From positions 87,792,001-87,856,000 of the forward strand of contig OX597818.1 in the NCBI GenBank assembly GCA_951406725.2: a DNA stretch of 64,000 nucleotides, in the 5' to 3' direction. The stretch comes from Octopus vulgaris. Its lineage: Eukaryota. Shown piece by piece: positions 15,207-27,289 of this stretch; the first letter of the stretch is position 1; each line of letters begins with the position of its first letter. The notes under the pieces were generated by a model that did no database searches, had not been told where the DNA came from, and saw only the letters and a program-made list of their open reading frames with translations. Both the position numbers and the translations under genes were made by a program.

Positions 15207-15608
15207 TCTCTTTTTCTCTCTTTTACTTGTTTCAGTCATTTGACTGCGGCCATGCTGGAGCACCGCCTTTAATCGAGCAACTCGACCCCGGGACTTATTC
15301 TTTTGTAAGCCCAGTACTTATTCTATCGGTCTCTTTTGCCGAACCGCTAAGTGACGGAGACATAAACACACCAGCATCGGTTGTCAAGCAATGCTAGGGG
15401 ACAAACACAGACACACAAACACACACACGCATATATATATATATACGACGGGCTTCTTTCAGTTTCCGTCTACCAAATCCACTCACAAGGCTTTGGTCGG
15501 CCCGAGGCTATAGTAGAAGACACTTACCCAAGGTGCCACGCAGTGGGACTGAACCCGGAACCATGCGGTTGGTAGACAAGCTACTTACCACACAGCCACT
15601 CCTGCACC
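15207..15608 (-). mobile_element. SINE family A, full length
   Basis: Reverse-complement match to 46867-47283. Confidence 0.85.
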
Positions 15609-15616
15609 TATATATG

Positions 15617-15957
15617 TATGAGGGATGCTGAAAAGTTACTGCTTTTAAGGTTGTCGGGAAAGAACTGGTTGGAAGCCCTACCTTTCGAGTTCTTTTACAA
15701 AGCTTAGAGAAATTGAAGGACCGTTGCAATAAGTGTGGATCTGAGAGGAGAATAAGTTGAATAAAATCATAATTCACTGATCCTCCTGTATTTTCTTTTA
15801 CCTAAAGCCAAGATGATCAGTTGATTACGATTTTATTCAGCATATTCTCCTATCAGATTCATACACTTATCGCAACGGTCCTTCAATTTTTCTAAGCTCT
15901 GTAAAAGCATTCGAAAGGTTGGGCCTCCGACCAGTTCTTTCGTTCAGAACCCCTCGT
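15617..15957. mobile_element. Mariner-derived fold-back MITE
   Basis: ~100-bp imperfect inverted arms (15658-15755 / 15843-15941) encoding LEKLKDRCNKC..LRGE (mariner C-terminus-like); ends GAGGG..TGAA / TTCA..CCCTC. Confidence 0.6.
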
Positions 15958-16364
15958 GTATGTGTGTTTCTGTGTGTGTGTCTTTATGTTTGCCTCCCAC
16001 CATCGTTTGATAACCGGTGCTGGTTTCTTCGTGTTTTCGTAACTTAGCAGTTCGGCAAAAGGAAACGGTAGAATAAATATCAGACTTAAAAAAAAAAAAA
16101 TCCTGAATACTCGGGTCGATTTGCTTTACTAAAACCCTTGAAGTCCGAAGTCCTATGACTGAAACAAGTAAAAGATAAAAGCAAGAGGTAGACCCCAGTT
16201 GTTTTCTGGTTCGTGGTTTCTCAGTGAATTGATGCTTGGACGAGACAAGTTAAAATGATGCCGGTGAGGTTCATATTTCTGACTCTCTCACACACACACG
16301 CATACACACGCACACTCAGTATTGGTCTCAAATTTTGGACTAAATTTTGCATATCATCCTTTTA

Positions 16365-16528
16365 GGCGCCGACGTGGTTGTGTGGTAAAGAAGTCTACTT
16401 CCCAACCACAAGGTTCCGGGTTCAGTTCCACTATGTAACACTTTGGACATGTATCTTCTATTATAGTTCCGGGCCGACCAAAGCCTTATCAGTAGATTTG
16501 GTAGACGGAAAGTGGAATAAGCCCGTGG
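16365..16528 (+). mobile_element. SINE family A 5' half (3' half at ~20320-20530), split by the PLE
   Basis: Head ends at AAGCCCGTGG-TATATA; tail resumes CAGCATCGCTTGACAAC after the PLE and microsatellite. Confidence 0.75.
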
Positions 16529-16577
16529 TATATATATAAATAAATGAAAGAATGGAGTTGAACGACGAATTAAAAAA

Positions 16578-16676
16578 ATTCCTTTATTCTCGACATGTTT
16601 CGAAGGCTGCATATTCCTAATTTCGAAGGAATAAGGGGTGCATTATGCCGCCTTCTCATCAGGAAAAACAAGGAAT
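16578..16676 (-). ncRNA. Type I hammerhead ribozyme in the PLE 3' pLTR, intact core
   Basis: Minus strand: ATTCCTTGTTTTTC-CTGATGA-GAAGGCGGCATA...TATGCAGCCTTC-GAA-ACATGT-C-GAGAATAAAGGAAT. Stems I and II pair, palindromic minimal stem III, GUC cleavage triplet. Confidence 0.9.
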
Positions 16677-17236
16677 TATGTCAGCATCAAGATGAACAAA
16701 AACTTTTAGATGACTGCCCACACGGAGCCCATAGCGATAATGAGTGTTTCTTTAAAATATTCCGTTATAAGCAGTGACGTCAAAAATGGTTGAATGTAGA
16801 AGATTCTAGAAGGTTCAAGGGTTCAAACAAGGTTGGAGGAGAAAGGTCTAAGAATAGGAAGGTGACAGGGTGCAAGTCATATGAATGGTGATTTGTTGTT
16901 GTTTTCTTTTGTGATTGAGTGCCTATGTGTGTGTATGTATATAACTGCATTCATGTCTATGTGTGTGTATGTGTGCGCGTGATTGTGTGTGTGGTTGGGT
17001 AGATGCCAAAAACAAACAGTGGTGAAGTGACAGGTTTGTGTCTGTGTGTTTGATTGTGCTTACGATAGAGAGAGGGAAAGAGAGAGAGATAGAGGAGGGC
17101 GAGGTAGAGAGACAAAGGTAAAACATACCTCAATGGATTGGGTAGTAGTCCTTTATGAGTATAAAAATTGACTATGTGGGTGATGTATAAATGGAACTAA
17201 ATTATTAAAATTTAAGGAGGTTATCTATATTAATCA

Positions 17237-19883
17237 TCATTCATATGAGTGAAAGGTGTGTTTCTGCCAGTGCATGCACCTATAGGATTTTTCGACCATT
17301 GTATTTATTAAAGGGACTTTGGCGAACAATATATGGAAAAGTTCGGAATTACAGACGCCACAAAATGTTCTGCCCTTATCAAACGGAAAGGATACAGACA
17401 ATATGGACCATTTCAGCTTGAAAGTTGTATTGCTGTCCTTAAGACGCCAAACTAATTTACTTAGTCCTATGCTTTGTTGTTTTCTCTTATCTCGGAAAGT
17501 TGAATAATGATTGGAGATCCTCTGGGCTAATTTAGAAGTAGTTTCCCCAATGTAGAAGAAGACATCGGTACCGGAAGAAATTTTACACTGGTAAATGGAA
17601 TTTCTAATTTTGGAATTGCTGGATAAGAACTTTAATCTGTTAGGGTTTACCTCCGAGACTAAGACGGAGTTTTTATTGTTATGATTGCTGTTAATATTAT
17701 TGCTAGCATTGACCACAATACTATTCCTATTATTATTATTACTATTAATTGTACTATCGTCGGCAATTTCCCTGACTATAGGAATGCTGGTGTTGTTATC
17801 ATCAATACTACCACTGTTATTAGAAATGCTGTCGTTATTACCACTAACACTACCACTGTTAATAATCCGACTAATATTATTATTAATATTACTATTGTTA
17901 ATGCCAACACTGCTATGAATGTTGCTATTATCAATACTATTTCTATTATTATTATTATTATTGTATGTTTGGTTGGAATTGGTAAGGGCAGTGTCGTAAC
18001 TCCCGGGTGATGAGTCCTTATTTAGCAGCTTGTTATTATGGGAGGCAATGATCTGCGATAGATTTCTAGTGTTAGAGAACACAATCCTTACCTTATGTGA
18101 ATTGATAGTAGAGTAATACCTAGAATTCCTGGGAAAGTTCCTAGCTACGGCTTCACGGAACTGTAAAGGGAGGTTTGACCTGATTTGTTTCCCGAAATGT
18201 ATGACAAACCAGATATAGTCTTTTGTGGACTTAGAATAGTTCAGAGTGTTACCATTTACATTAAAGGGAGTATTTCTGTGCTGGAGAATTGGTGTTGGTT
18301 GCCGATTGCCTCCCCTGGTCCGTAAATTATTTTTGTTAAGTATAGTGGTGTCGACGTTGTTAGAGCTGAAATCATTATTTACATTATTTCTATTGTTATT
18401 AGTTTTCTTATCCTGAGAAGCATATATTGGTTTAGAATGGGCCAGGTCTATATATACTTTATCTCTATAACCGGCTTTTGACATGGCGGCGTTATAAAAT
18501 TCCGCTTTTTGGTTAAAGATGTCAACATTAGCAGATAAATTTGATAGTCTTAAGGAAATATTTTTAACTAAATTATCGGTGATATTTTTGGCATGGTTAC
18601 TGAAAATGCTGATATATTTAAAATTAGTAGAAGGCTTATGATAAGGGAAGTAAGAATTATTCTGCAGATTTAGGGTAACATCTAAGAAGTTGGCTTTAGT
18701 TAATTCGTCGTCGAAAACTATGCTCAAGCCCATTCTGCTAAAAAATCTAGCTAATCTGTTTTTAGTCTTCTGTATCATATTGTTCGGAGCATTCTGTAGG
18801 TAAAGTAGACAATCGTCTCGATACAGACCGCCGCAGATGTCCGGGAATTGGTCGGCCAATTCATAGAGAATATAGATTCCGACCAAATCGGCTATCTGGG
18901 CGCTATCTGCACTTCCCATTAGCACATCGAACGCGTTGGGGGTATCCCTGCGGACCCATAACTTATCATCGAACTGTATGAAGGATTTTCTAGCCGCTAA
19001 AATTACATTAATTTCCTCCCTTGAGAGGCCTGCCTTATTATGTGCGTGCCATAGGGCCTTATTGAGTACACTAGGGTTGATCGAAGGGTAGAAACTAGAT
19101 ATATTGAATTGAATGAATTTTGTGTTGTCCTTATTAGTAATAGAAGTAAACCACTCTACGACTTGAGTGGAGTTAGACCATAGGCTGAGTTTTAACTTAT
19201 TGATTAATATAGGTATGTATTTATCTAAAATGTACTTAGTAAGGATACCGATGTCGGAACTAGAGGGGCATATGAGCCTTAATGCCGGGTTGGTATGAAA
19301 GTTTGGTTTATGGTCCTTAACGATGAATCTTGGTTTTCTGGGGTTCAGCGGTTGTGTTTTCATTTGTAATCCATATGTTTCCATGATTTTATTAATTTCT
19401 AAGTTGGCTTGTCTGAGTGTATTCCTACTTGATGTCCTGTAATTCTTATGTATTTCTTTCTTGAGCATTTCTAAATACTGGTTCTTTGCTAGCTTATATG
19501 TGTTCCTGGTTTTATCCGATTGGACCAGGATAGCGTCTAAACTGTTTATATCTTTGATGACTTTATCGAGGTATTTGAGGTGTTTATTCCTAAGGGGCGA
19601 TTTACGGAATTTAATGGCCCTTACGATGTCCCACAGATCATCTTCAAATTTCTTCAGTCTGGGATGGATTAGGTGGAGAGGTTCCCCTCGACTTAAATAA
19701 CTTTTTATATTCGAAAGATGTGTCAATACTGTTCCGTTTTATGTCCTCATTATCGTGGAAGAAGGCGAGCCATCTAATGCGGTTGATAAATGCATTTGTT
19801 TTATTAACAATTTCCTTAAGGAAGGTTTCTTTTGGTGGTATTGGTATGTCCTTAAGGGATGCGTTAATGTCGAACAACTCCAT
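17237..19883 (-). pseudogene. PLE reverse transcriptase + GIY-YIG endonuclease ORF, frameshifted and with a mutated catalytic Asp
   Basis: N-terminus MELFDINASLKDIPIP..RIRWLAFF..FKS..PPN (19883-~19670) continues after a 1-nt shift as HPRLKKFEDDL. Motifs: DKTRN, KDHK..RLICP, FIQFNISSFYPSI (D>N), FDVLMGSADSAQIADLVG, GLYRDD, FLDVTL, SIYQC..FYIGET..R..H, CGVCNSE..CMH. Confidence 0.92.
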
Positions 19884-19920
19884 TTGCGGTATCGGTTAAG
19901 GTAGCAGGATCTCAAGGAGA

Positions 19921-19985
19921 CTGTATATGAATAATTGAGTAGTTGAATGAATTATCTTATTATGGATAATTCGGTTAACCGATAC
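19921..19985 (-). other. Predicted 65-nt spliceosomal intron in the PLE 5' leader
   Basis: CCCAG|GTATCG...TACTCAAT...TCATATACAG| ending 37 nt before the ATG. Donor context recurs at 53860 (-) and 8160 (+). Retained 5' introns are a known PLE trait. Confidence 0.7.
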
Positions 19986-20164
19986 CTGGGTAGCAAATTC
20001 ACGTCAGAAAAACACGGTTGAAGCTACATGCCAAGGGCAGAGATCACGTGCTTTCGTGTGGAAATTTGTGTTTATAGACTGCCATATTAGTATGGCGATA
20101 ACTATTAATATCCAGTAACGCTGCCGTAATCTCCTTTAGAGAGACTTAGTAATTTTAATATTTC

Positions 20165-20251
<87 letters not shown>

Positions 20252-20572
20252 TGTATGTATGTATGTATGTATGTATGTATGTATGTATGTGTGTATGTAT
20301 GTATATTTGTATGTATTTGTGCGTCTGCATTTATCACCCCAGCATCGCTTGACAACAGATGGTGGTGTGTTTACGTCCCCATAACTTAGTGGTTCGGCAA
20401 AAGTGTCCAATAGAATAAATACTTGGCTTACAAAAAATAAGTCCTCAGGTCGATTTCTTAGGACTAAAGCCCTTTAAGGCGGTGCTCCAGCGTGGTTGCA
20501 GTCAAGTGACTGAAACAAGTAAAGGAATAAAAGAATATATGTGTGTGTCTTTGTCTGTGTATGTGTGAGTGT

Positions 20573-20615
<43 letters not shown>

Positions 20616-21242
20616 TGTGTGTGAGTGTGTGTGTGCTTATGCATGTGTTTTTATTAATGTATGCATTCATAATTATCTGATGTACCATTTCCATAACCTT
20701 TCTTTTATTCGGGTCTCCACTCCAAACCACTTTAAACGTTAGTAGGGCTCAGTGCCTTGGTGAAAAAGGAAAGGGATAGAATGAGTTGAGACGGGTTTGT
20801 GTGATAGGATGGGAGGTGAGTCATACTTATATACATTCATACACGCGCACACACACACAGACTCCCATACACACCCATACATATATATACACACACACAC
20901 AAAAGCACACAGATACATACATACTCAGTCGTATATGTATATATACATACATTCATATACACATACTAATAACAAGGCATGTACACGTATGTTGAAATAG
21001 ACTGTTTCCTGCTTTTTAGTTCTTCCGTCGTTGTCGACGATGATCAATAACAAACATAAGGGAGATGTCGGGGTATACACATACGTGCATACACACATAT
21101 GCACACCCACACCTATACACGCTTTCTCACTCATTTATACGCTCTCTCTTTCTATCATTCTCGCTGTCTGACACACGCACTCCTCATACGAAGACAAACG
21201 CATTCTTATCTTCATACGCATACACACACGTAAGTATAAATG

Positions 21243-21298
<56 letters not shown>

Positions 21299-21557
21299 CG
21301 TACACCCTCACACGCTAACTCATTTACACTTTCTTTCTATCTCTCTCTCTCTCTCTCTCTTTGACACACACGCGCCCATACAATGACAAACGTATACTCA
21401 CACTCATATGCGTAGTAACACACACACATACACACAGACACACACACGTACATACACATTTGTGCGTAGGCATATACACATACATTGAAACATATAGACA
21501 CGCAAACACAAATACAAGTACGGATATACCTATATACAGACATGCATACGCTTACGT

Positions 21558-21592
<35 letters not shown>

Positions 21593-22234
21593 CCTTTGTC
21601 TCTGTCTGTCTCACTTTTTCTCACACACACACACCTTCTTTCACTCCCTCTTCCTCTATCTCTCTTTCTCTGTCTCGCTTTCTCTCTCTGACTCACATAC
21701 ACATACACATACAAGTTCCCTCTCTGTCTCTCTCTATTTCTTTGTCTGTCTGTCTATTTATCTTACCTCTCTCTCTCATACACAAACACACATACACACA
21801 AACACTCACAGATACACACAAGCATACATAGACACAAGACATTTACAAAAACACGCACGCAGACACACTCTCTTACACACACACACAAACACACACTAGT
21901 CACCTCTTTCCGACACACTAGCTCCTCTCTCACACACACGCTAACATACACACACACACAGACATACATAGATACAGATACACACAAGCATACACACACA
22001 CACACACACACAAACACACAACACACAAGCATACATACACATACACACACGCACGCACACACGCACACACACACACATAAACGTACACAAGAGACACAAG
22101 ACACGCACAAAGACTCACACACAGACAAGCATATACTCTTATAGGCACACACTTACACATACACACACACATACTAGATCCCTCCACAAATACTAGACCG
22201 CTCACACGCACACACACACACACATACACACTAA

Positions 22235-22600
22235 CCACCACCCCTTCACACTTACCAGCCCCTCACACATACATACACACGTACACAAATACACAAACTA
22301 GCCACCAGCAACCCTCACACATACATACACACGTTCACACACACACACACAAACTAGCCACCAACACCCCTCACACATACATACACACGTACACACATAC
22401 ACACAAACTAGCCACCAACACCCCTCACACATACATACACACGTACACACACACACAAACTAGCCACCAACACCCCTCACACATACATACATACACACAA
22501 ACTAGCCACAAGCACCCCTCACACATACATACACACGTACACACATACACACACAGACACACTAGCCACTAACACCCCTCACACACATACTAACCGCTAC
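22235..22600. repeat. Minisatellite, ~50-56-bp unit, about 7 copies
   Basis: CTAGCCACCAACACCCCTCACACATACATACACACGTACACAC... repeated. Confidence 0.85.
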
Positions 22601-22999
22601 CCTTCGACCACACACATACACACACACACACACCGCCGCACGACACACGCAATTCACAATGCTTTTGAATATTGCAAAGTTACACAGCATGTCAGAACGA
22701 AACGTATTAAGGTGGGCCGCCATTGAGAATTGATGTTATTCGGGGTTACAGAGATGGCAATAGGAGGACTATATTGATGGCAGGGAAGGGCTACTGTGTT
22801 GCAAGATAGGGATCTTATATGTGACCTGTCTCGCCCAGTTGACCTCTTCTTTTTAACTTTTCTTTTGAACTCTTCACACAAACGACCCCGGTCGTTTTTT
22901 TTTTTTTTCTTCTTCTCATTTCTTCTTCTGGCTTCTTCTCACCCACCACGCCATTTCATTCTCCCTTATTTCATTCTTTTGTTCGTCTGTCTATCTGTC

Positions 23000-23030
<31 letters not shown>

Positions 23031-23061
23031 CCTTCTTCATCTTCTTCTTCTTCTTCTTCTT

Positions 23062-23092
<31 letters not shown>

Positions 23093-23267
23093 TTCATCTC
23101 CTCCTCTTCCCCTCCTCCTCCTTCTTCGTTTTCTTTTCTTCCCTTTTCCTTCATTCTTCTTTTTATTCTCGTCTTCTTCGTTATCTTTTCTTCATCCTCC
23201 TCATCGTCTCTCATCTTTCTTCGTCTTCCCCTTTCATTTCCACCACCACCACCACCACCAACCACTT

Positions 23268-23335
<68 letters not shown>

Positions 23336-23909
23336 GCCACTACTACTACAATTGCTCCTGTTATTAAAACTATTACCGCTTGGTCTTCCTCTTTATTCTT
23401 GTTGCTATTTAACCCAAGTACAACAGTGATCAAGATTTACGATCCTAGACATTCCTACCATGACCAACCAGTCTTTTAGGGTGTTATCTAGGACGTCATT
23501 AAGCAGCATGTCCTTTCAGTTACAAAATTGTACGACGTGATTCTAGGGAGATTTCGTTGCTATTTTAGCAGGCTGTGCGACCATGTAGAGTATATTGTTA
23601 TTATTGTAACTATTAATGTATTAATGAAGCAATAAGTACTAGGGCTTATTGTATCATGTATAATCCCTCTCCTGGGGTCGCTAGTTCGATCTGTGTGAAG
23701 GCGCAGGGTTTAAATGACAGGGCATTTGGTTCACGACCGTAAGATCATAAGTCTTATTCCCGGCGGCGCGTTGTGCCCTTGGGCAAGACTCTTTATTTCA
23801 CGTTGCGCCAGTCCACTCAGCTGGCAAAAACTGAGTAGCTGTATTTCAAAGGACCAACCTTGTCACAACGTGTGACCCTCTGAATTTCTATGAGAACTAC
23901 ATTAAGGGT

Positions 23910-24330
23910 ACTCTTTTACTCTTTTATTCTTTTACTTGTTTCAGTCGTTTGCCTGTGGCCATACTAGAGCACCGCCTTTAGTCGAGCAAATCGACCCCAG
24001 GGCTTATTCTTTGTAAGCCTAGTACTTATTCTATCGGTCTCTTTTGCCGAACCGCTAAGTTACGGGGACGTAAACACACCAGCATCGGTTGTCAAGCGAT
24101 GTTGGGGGACAACACAGACACACAAACATATACACAGATATACATATATACATATGTATATATATATATACGACGGACTTGTTTCCGTTTTCCGTCTACC
24201 ATATCCACTCACAAGGCTTTGGTCAGCCCGATGCTATAGTTGAAGAGACTTGCCAAAGGTGCCACGGAGTGGGACTGAACCCGGAACCATGTGGTTCGTA
24301 AGCAAGCTCCTTACCACACAACCACTCCTA
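23910..24330 (-). mobile_element. SINE family A, full length
   Basis: Reverse-complement match to 46867-47283. Confidence 0.85.
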
Positions 24331-24891
24331 CGGGGATTTTTTCCTGTTTAGCTGCCACTTTTCAATTTCTTCAATTTTTGCTCCAATTGATTTCATATTT
24401 GGTGTGCTGATGTAGTTTTTGTAAAGTAATCATTGACATGAAATTCCTCTTCTGGAAAAAGTGAATTATCTCCTGAGATTCGGCGTAAAAAATTACATCA
24501 ATGCACCAGGTGCAGCCAAACAGAAATGATCCGGGTATAGGTTAAACATTATGTATTGTCTAAAAAACTAAAATACACGTAGATAGGTGTGTAGAAGTAA
24601 TATTTGCAAATTGAAGAAGGTTGAAGATGTTGGATTCACGATGGTAAGGTCGTGAGCTCGATTTCTGGCGGTGCGTTGTCTTTGAGCAAGACACGTTATT
24701 CTAGCCCATTCGGCTGGCAAAGATGTGTTGTACCTCTGTTTCAAAGGGTTAGGCTTGTGACATTCTGACTGACGCTGAATCTCCCTGAGAACTACATAAG
24801 CAGTAAGCATGTCCGCGGAGTGCCTTCTACTATAGCCTCGGGCCGGCCAAAAGCTTATGAGTGGATCTGGTAGACGTCGTATATATATAAT

Positions 24892-24951
<60 letters not shown>

Positions 24952-25123
24952 AGATGTATAATATATTTGTTTTAATCTTTTCTGCCCATTTTTTCAAATA
25001 TTCTCATCATACTGTTGTACTTTTTTATGTCCTTAACATGTTCCTGTTACCAAAGACTGTATATATACATGTAATGTGGCAATTTGCAACAACCAATAAT
25101 TAACGCAACCAAACTTCCATATG

Positions 25124-25168
25124 TTACTTTTGACAATCTTTTTCTAAAGAGCGAAACCGGTTAAGTAA
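25124..25168 (+). ncRNA. Degenerate hammerhead in a (TA)n-flanked fragment (~24951-25254)
   Basis: TTACTT-TTGACAA (decayed CTGACGA)-TCTTT..AAAGAGC-GAA-ACCGGT-T-AAGTAA. Confidence 0.5.
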
Positions 25169-25248
25169 ATAAACATCTTTTAAATTGCATTTTCAAACCT
25201 TCTTTCGTATATAATTCCACTCGTGCGATACCCCACAACTCAACTTTG

Positions 25249-25428
<180 letters not shown>

Positions 25429-25592
25429 CAAACACTTTTTTCTGCAAAATAGGGGTAGCTTGTCCTATTCAGGCTATATTATTAGCATTATCCTGCGTTT
25501 GAGAATTTAAAATCACTTCTTTAACTTTCTAAGACATCTCAACGCTTCTAAAGCAAACTTCGTTTCTTTGTTTACGTTCATCGTAATTTGAA

Positions 25593-25686
<94 letters not shown>

Positions 25687-25769
25687 GTGATCATATTCAT
25701 GACCCCCACCACATTCACCATCACCACCACGACATTATCCCCACTCATAGAATCACCAGGCCACAGCTC

Positions 25770-26011
25770 CCTCTCATCACTTGACAATACAGTTCTTTTG
25801 CACTTGTTAAGTCAAAAATAAAATGGGCGGTGCCTATGGCCTTTGTAGGTCTATAGATGAGCAGTTTCGGGAAGATATTTGCATGCCAGACACGATCTGA
25901 TGTGGAGGGTGACAACAATGTTTTGCTTTCACATAATTTCTGCTAGGTGGGTCAAGGAGAGTAGATCACCAGTGAATTTGGTCATTTGGAAACTGTACAA
26001 GAGGTCGTGAA

Positions 26012-26061
<50 letters not shown>

Positions 26062-26620
26062 CAAAGGATGGCAGGGATGTTGTTGTCAAAGGCCGTCTCC
26101 ATTTTCTTAAAGGTATTAGGAGTGAGTGCAAGAGGGTGATAGGTGATAGTTCGCAGAGACAGAGGGGTTGCCTTTCTAGGGAATGGAACATTTTGTAACG
26201 TATTTACAAAAGACCAGAGTAAATCCCTGTAGAGAAGGAGAGATTGAAGAGTTTAGTGAGCGACGGGAATAACTGTGGGCTGCAGTGTTTGAGTGTAATG
26301 AAAGGGACGCTGTCATAAAAAGTGACATTGTTGGTTTTTGAGCGGCGACAAGAAGTACTTTTGCACTTCACCTCCGAGTCTATGAAAGATGGTGGAGCAG
26401 TAAAGAACGGAAAAGGATTGACTTAAAAGGGTTTCACTAAATATGTGTAGTGTATAGTTGGTGGCAAAGCGGGAAGTAACCATGGAAGACTTCTTCCGGA
26501 GAGTACTGCAGACAGAAACATCGCTGTTGTGAAACAGAAAGAGAATTCTGCAAAACTGGTAAATATTCTTTTCGCATGAAACCAGAAAGATCAGTTGCAG
26601 CTTTCCTTTGTTCTACTTCT
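25770..26620 (-). pseudogene. Decayed LINE RT fragment (CR1/Jockey-like)
   Basis: PSLTKLFNLSFSTG and KGNPSVSANY-like segments; many lesions, (GA)n insertion. Confidence 0.5.
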
Positions 26621-27244
26621 TTTTTTTTTTTTGTTATTTTGTGGAGAATGTAAGTAATATTACAACCAGTCTTTTTGAACTCATACTGTAAGATTATCTT
26701 AACGGTTCGGCAAAATAAAACGGTAGACTAAGTACTAGGCTTGAAAAAAAATTAAGAAAACAACCCACTGTGGTCAGTGTATTCGATGAAAACATTTAAG
26801 GTGGTGACCCAGCATGAACGCAGTCACTTATGTTTACAGTAAGAGTGACATATTACCATTGCAATTAGAAAACAAAATCTCTCTCTAGGGATGTTTATAA
26901 TTAAACAAAAATCAAACAAGGAAGATAAGTCCAATAAAATCAAACTGGGATACAATATAGATAAACATAGTTTAAAATAGATTCGGTCATTGATATATAT
27001 ATATGTATGTATATTCTGTAGTGTCTGGGAAGAGTCATTCTCTTTTGGTGCCTTATAGTTTAATACACCGGTAAAATTTTCCCTTATTTCTTTTTTATTT
27101 TTCTAAAATTTTCGTTGCGTCTTGTAACCTAAGGTACCAAAAGAGAATGACTCTCCCCAGACACAACAGAATATATACTTCAACACACGAACCCACATAA
27201 AGCAAACCAAATCAAAAAACGAAATACATACATACATACATACA

Positions 27245-27280
<36 letters not shown>

Positions 27281-27289
27281 TATATAACT

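Larger units (their letters stand above)
16535..20077 (-). mobile_element. Near full-length Penelope-like retroelement (Naiad-like clade), inserted in a (TA)n tract
   Basis: 5' leader with TATAAA (20071-20076) and a GT-AG intron, then RT + C-terminal GIY-YIG ORF, then 3' UTR/pLTR with a hammerhead; TA runs on both sides. 20078-20167 is an unexplained 5' extension. Confidence 0.92.

Noticed and set aside
17228-17239. Tandem TGA TGA at the PLE ORF end as selenocysteine recoding (reported for some Naiads)
   Set aside because: The paralog ends with TAG at the same position, Cys motifs use Cys codons, a TAG follows two codons later, and no SECIS was recognised.
22235-22600. CRISPR-like spaced repeats
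   Set aside because: Intervening sequences are CA repeats, not unique spacers; eukaryotic context with no cas genes.
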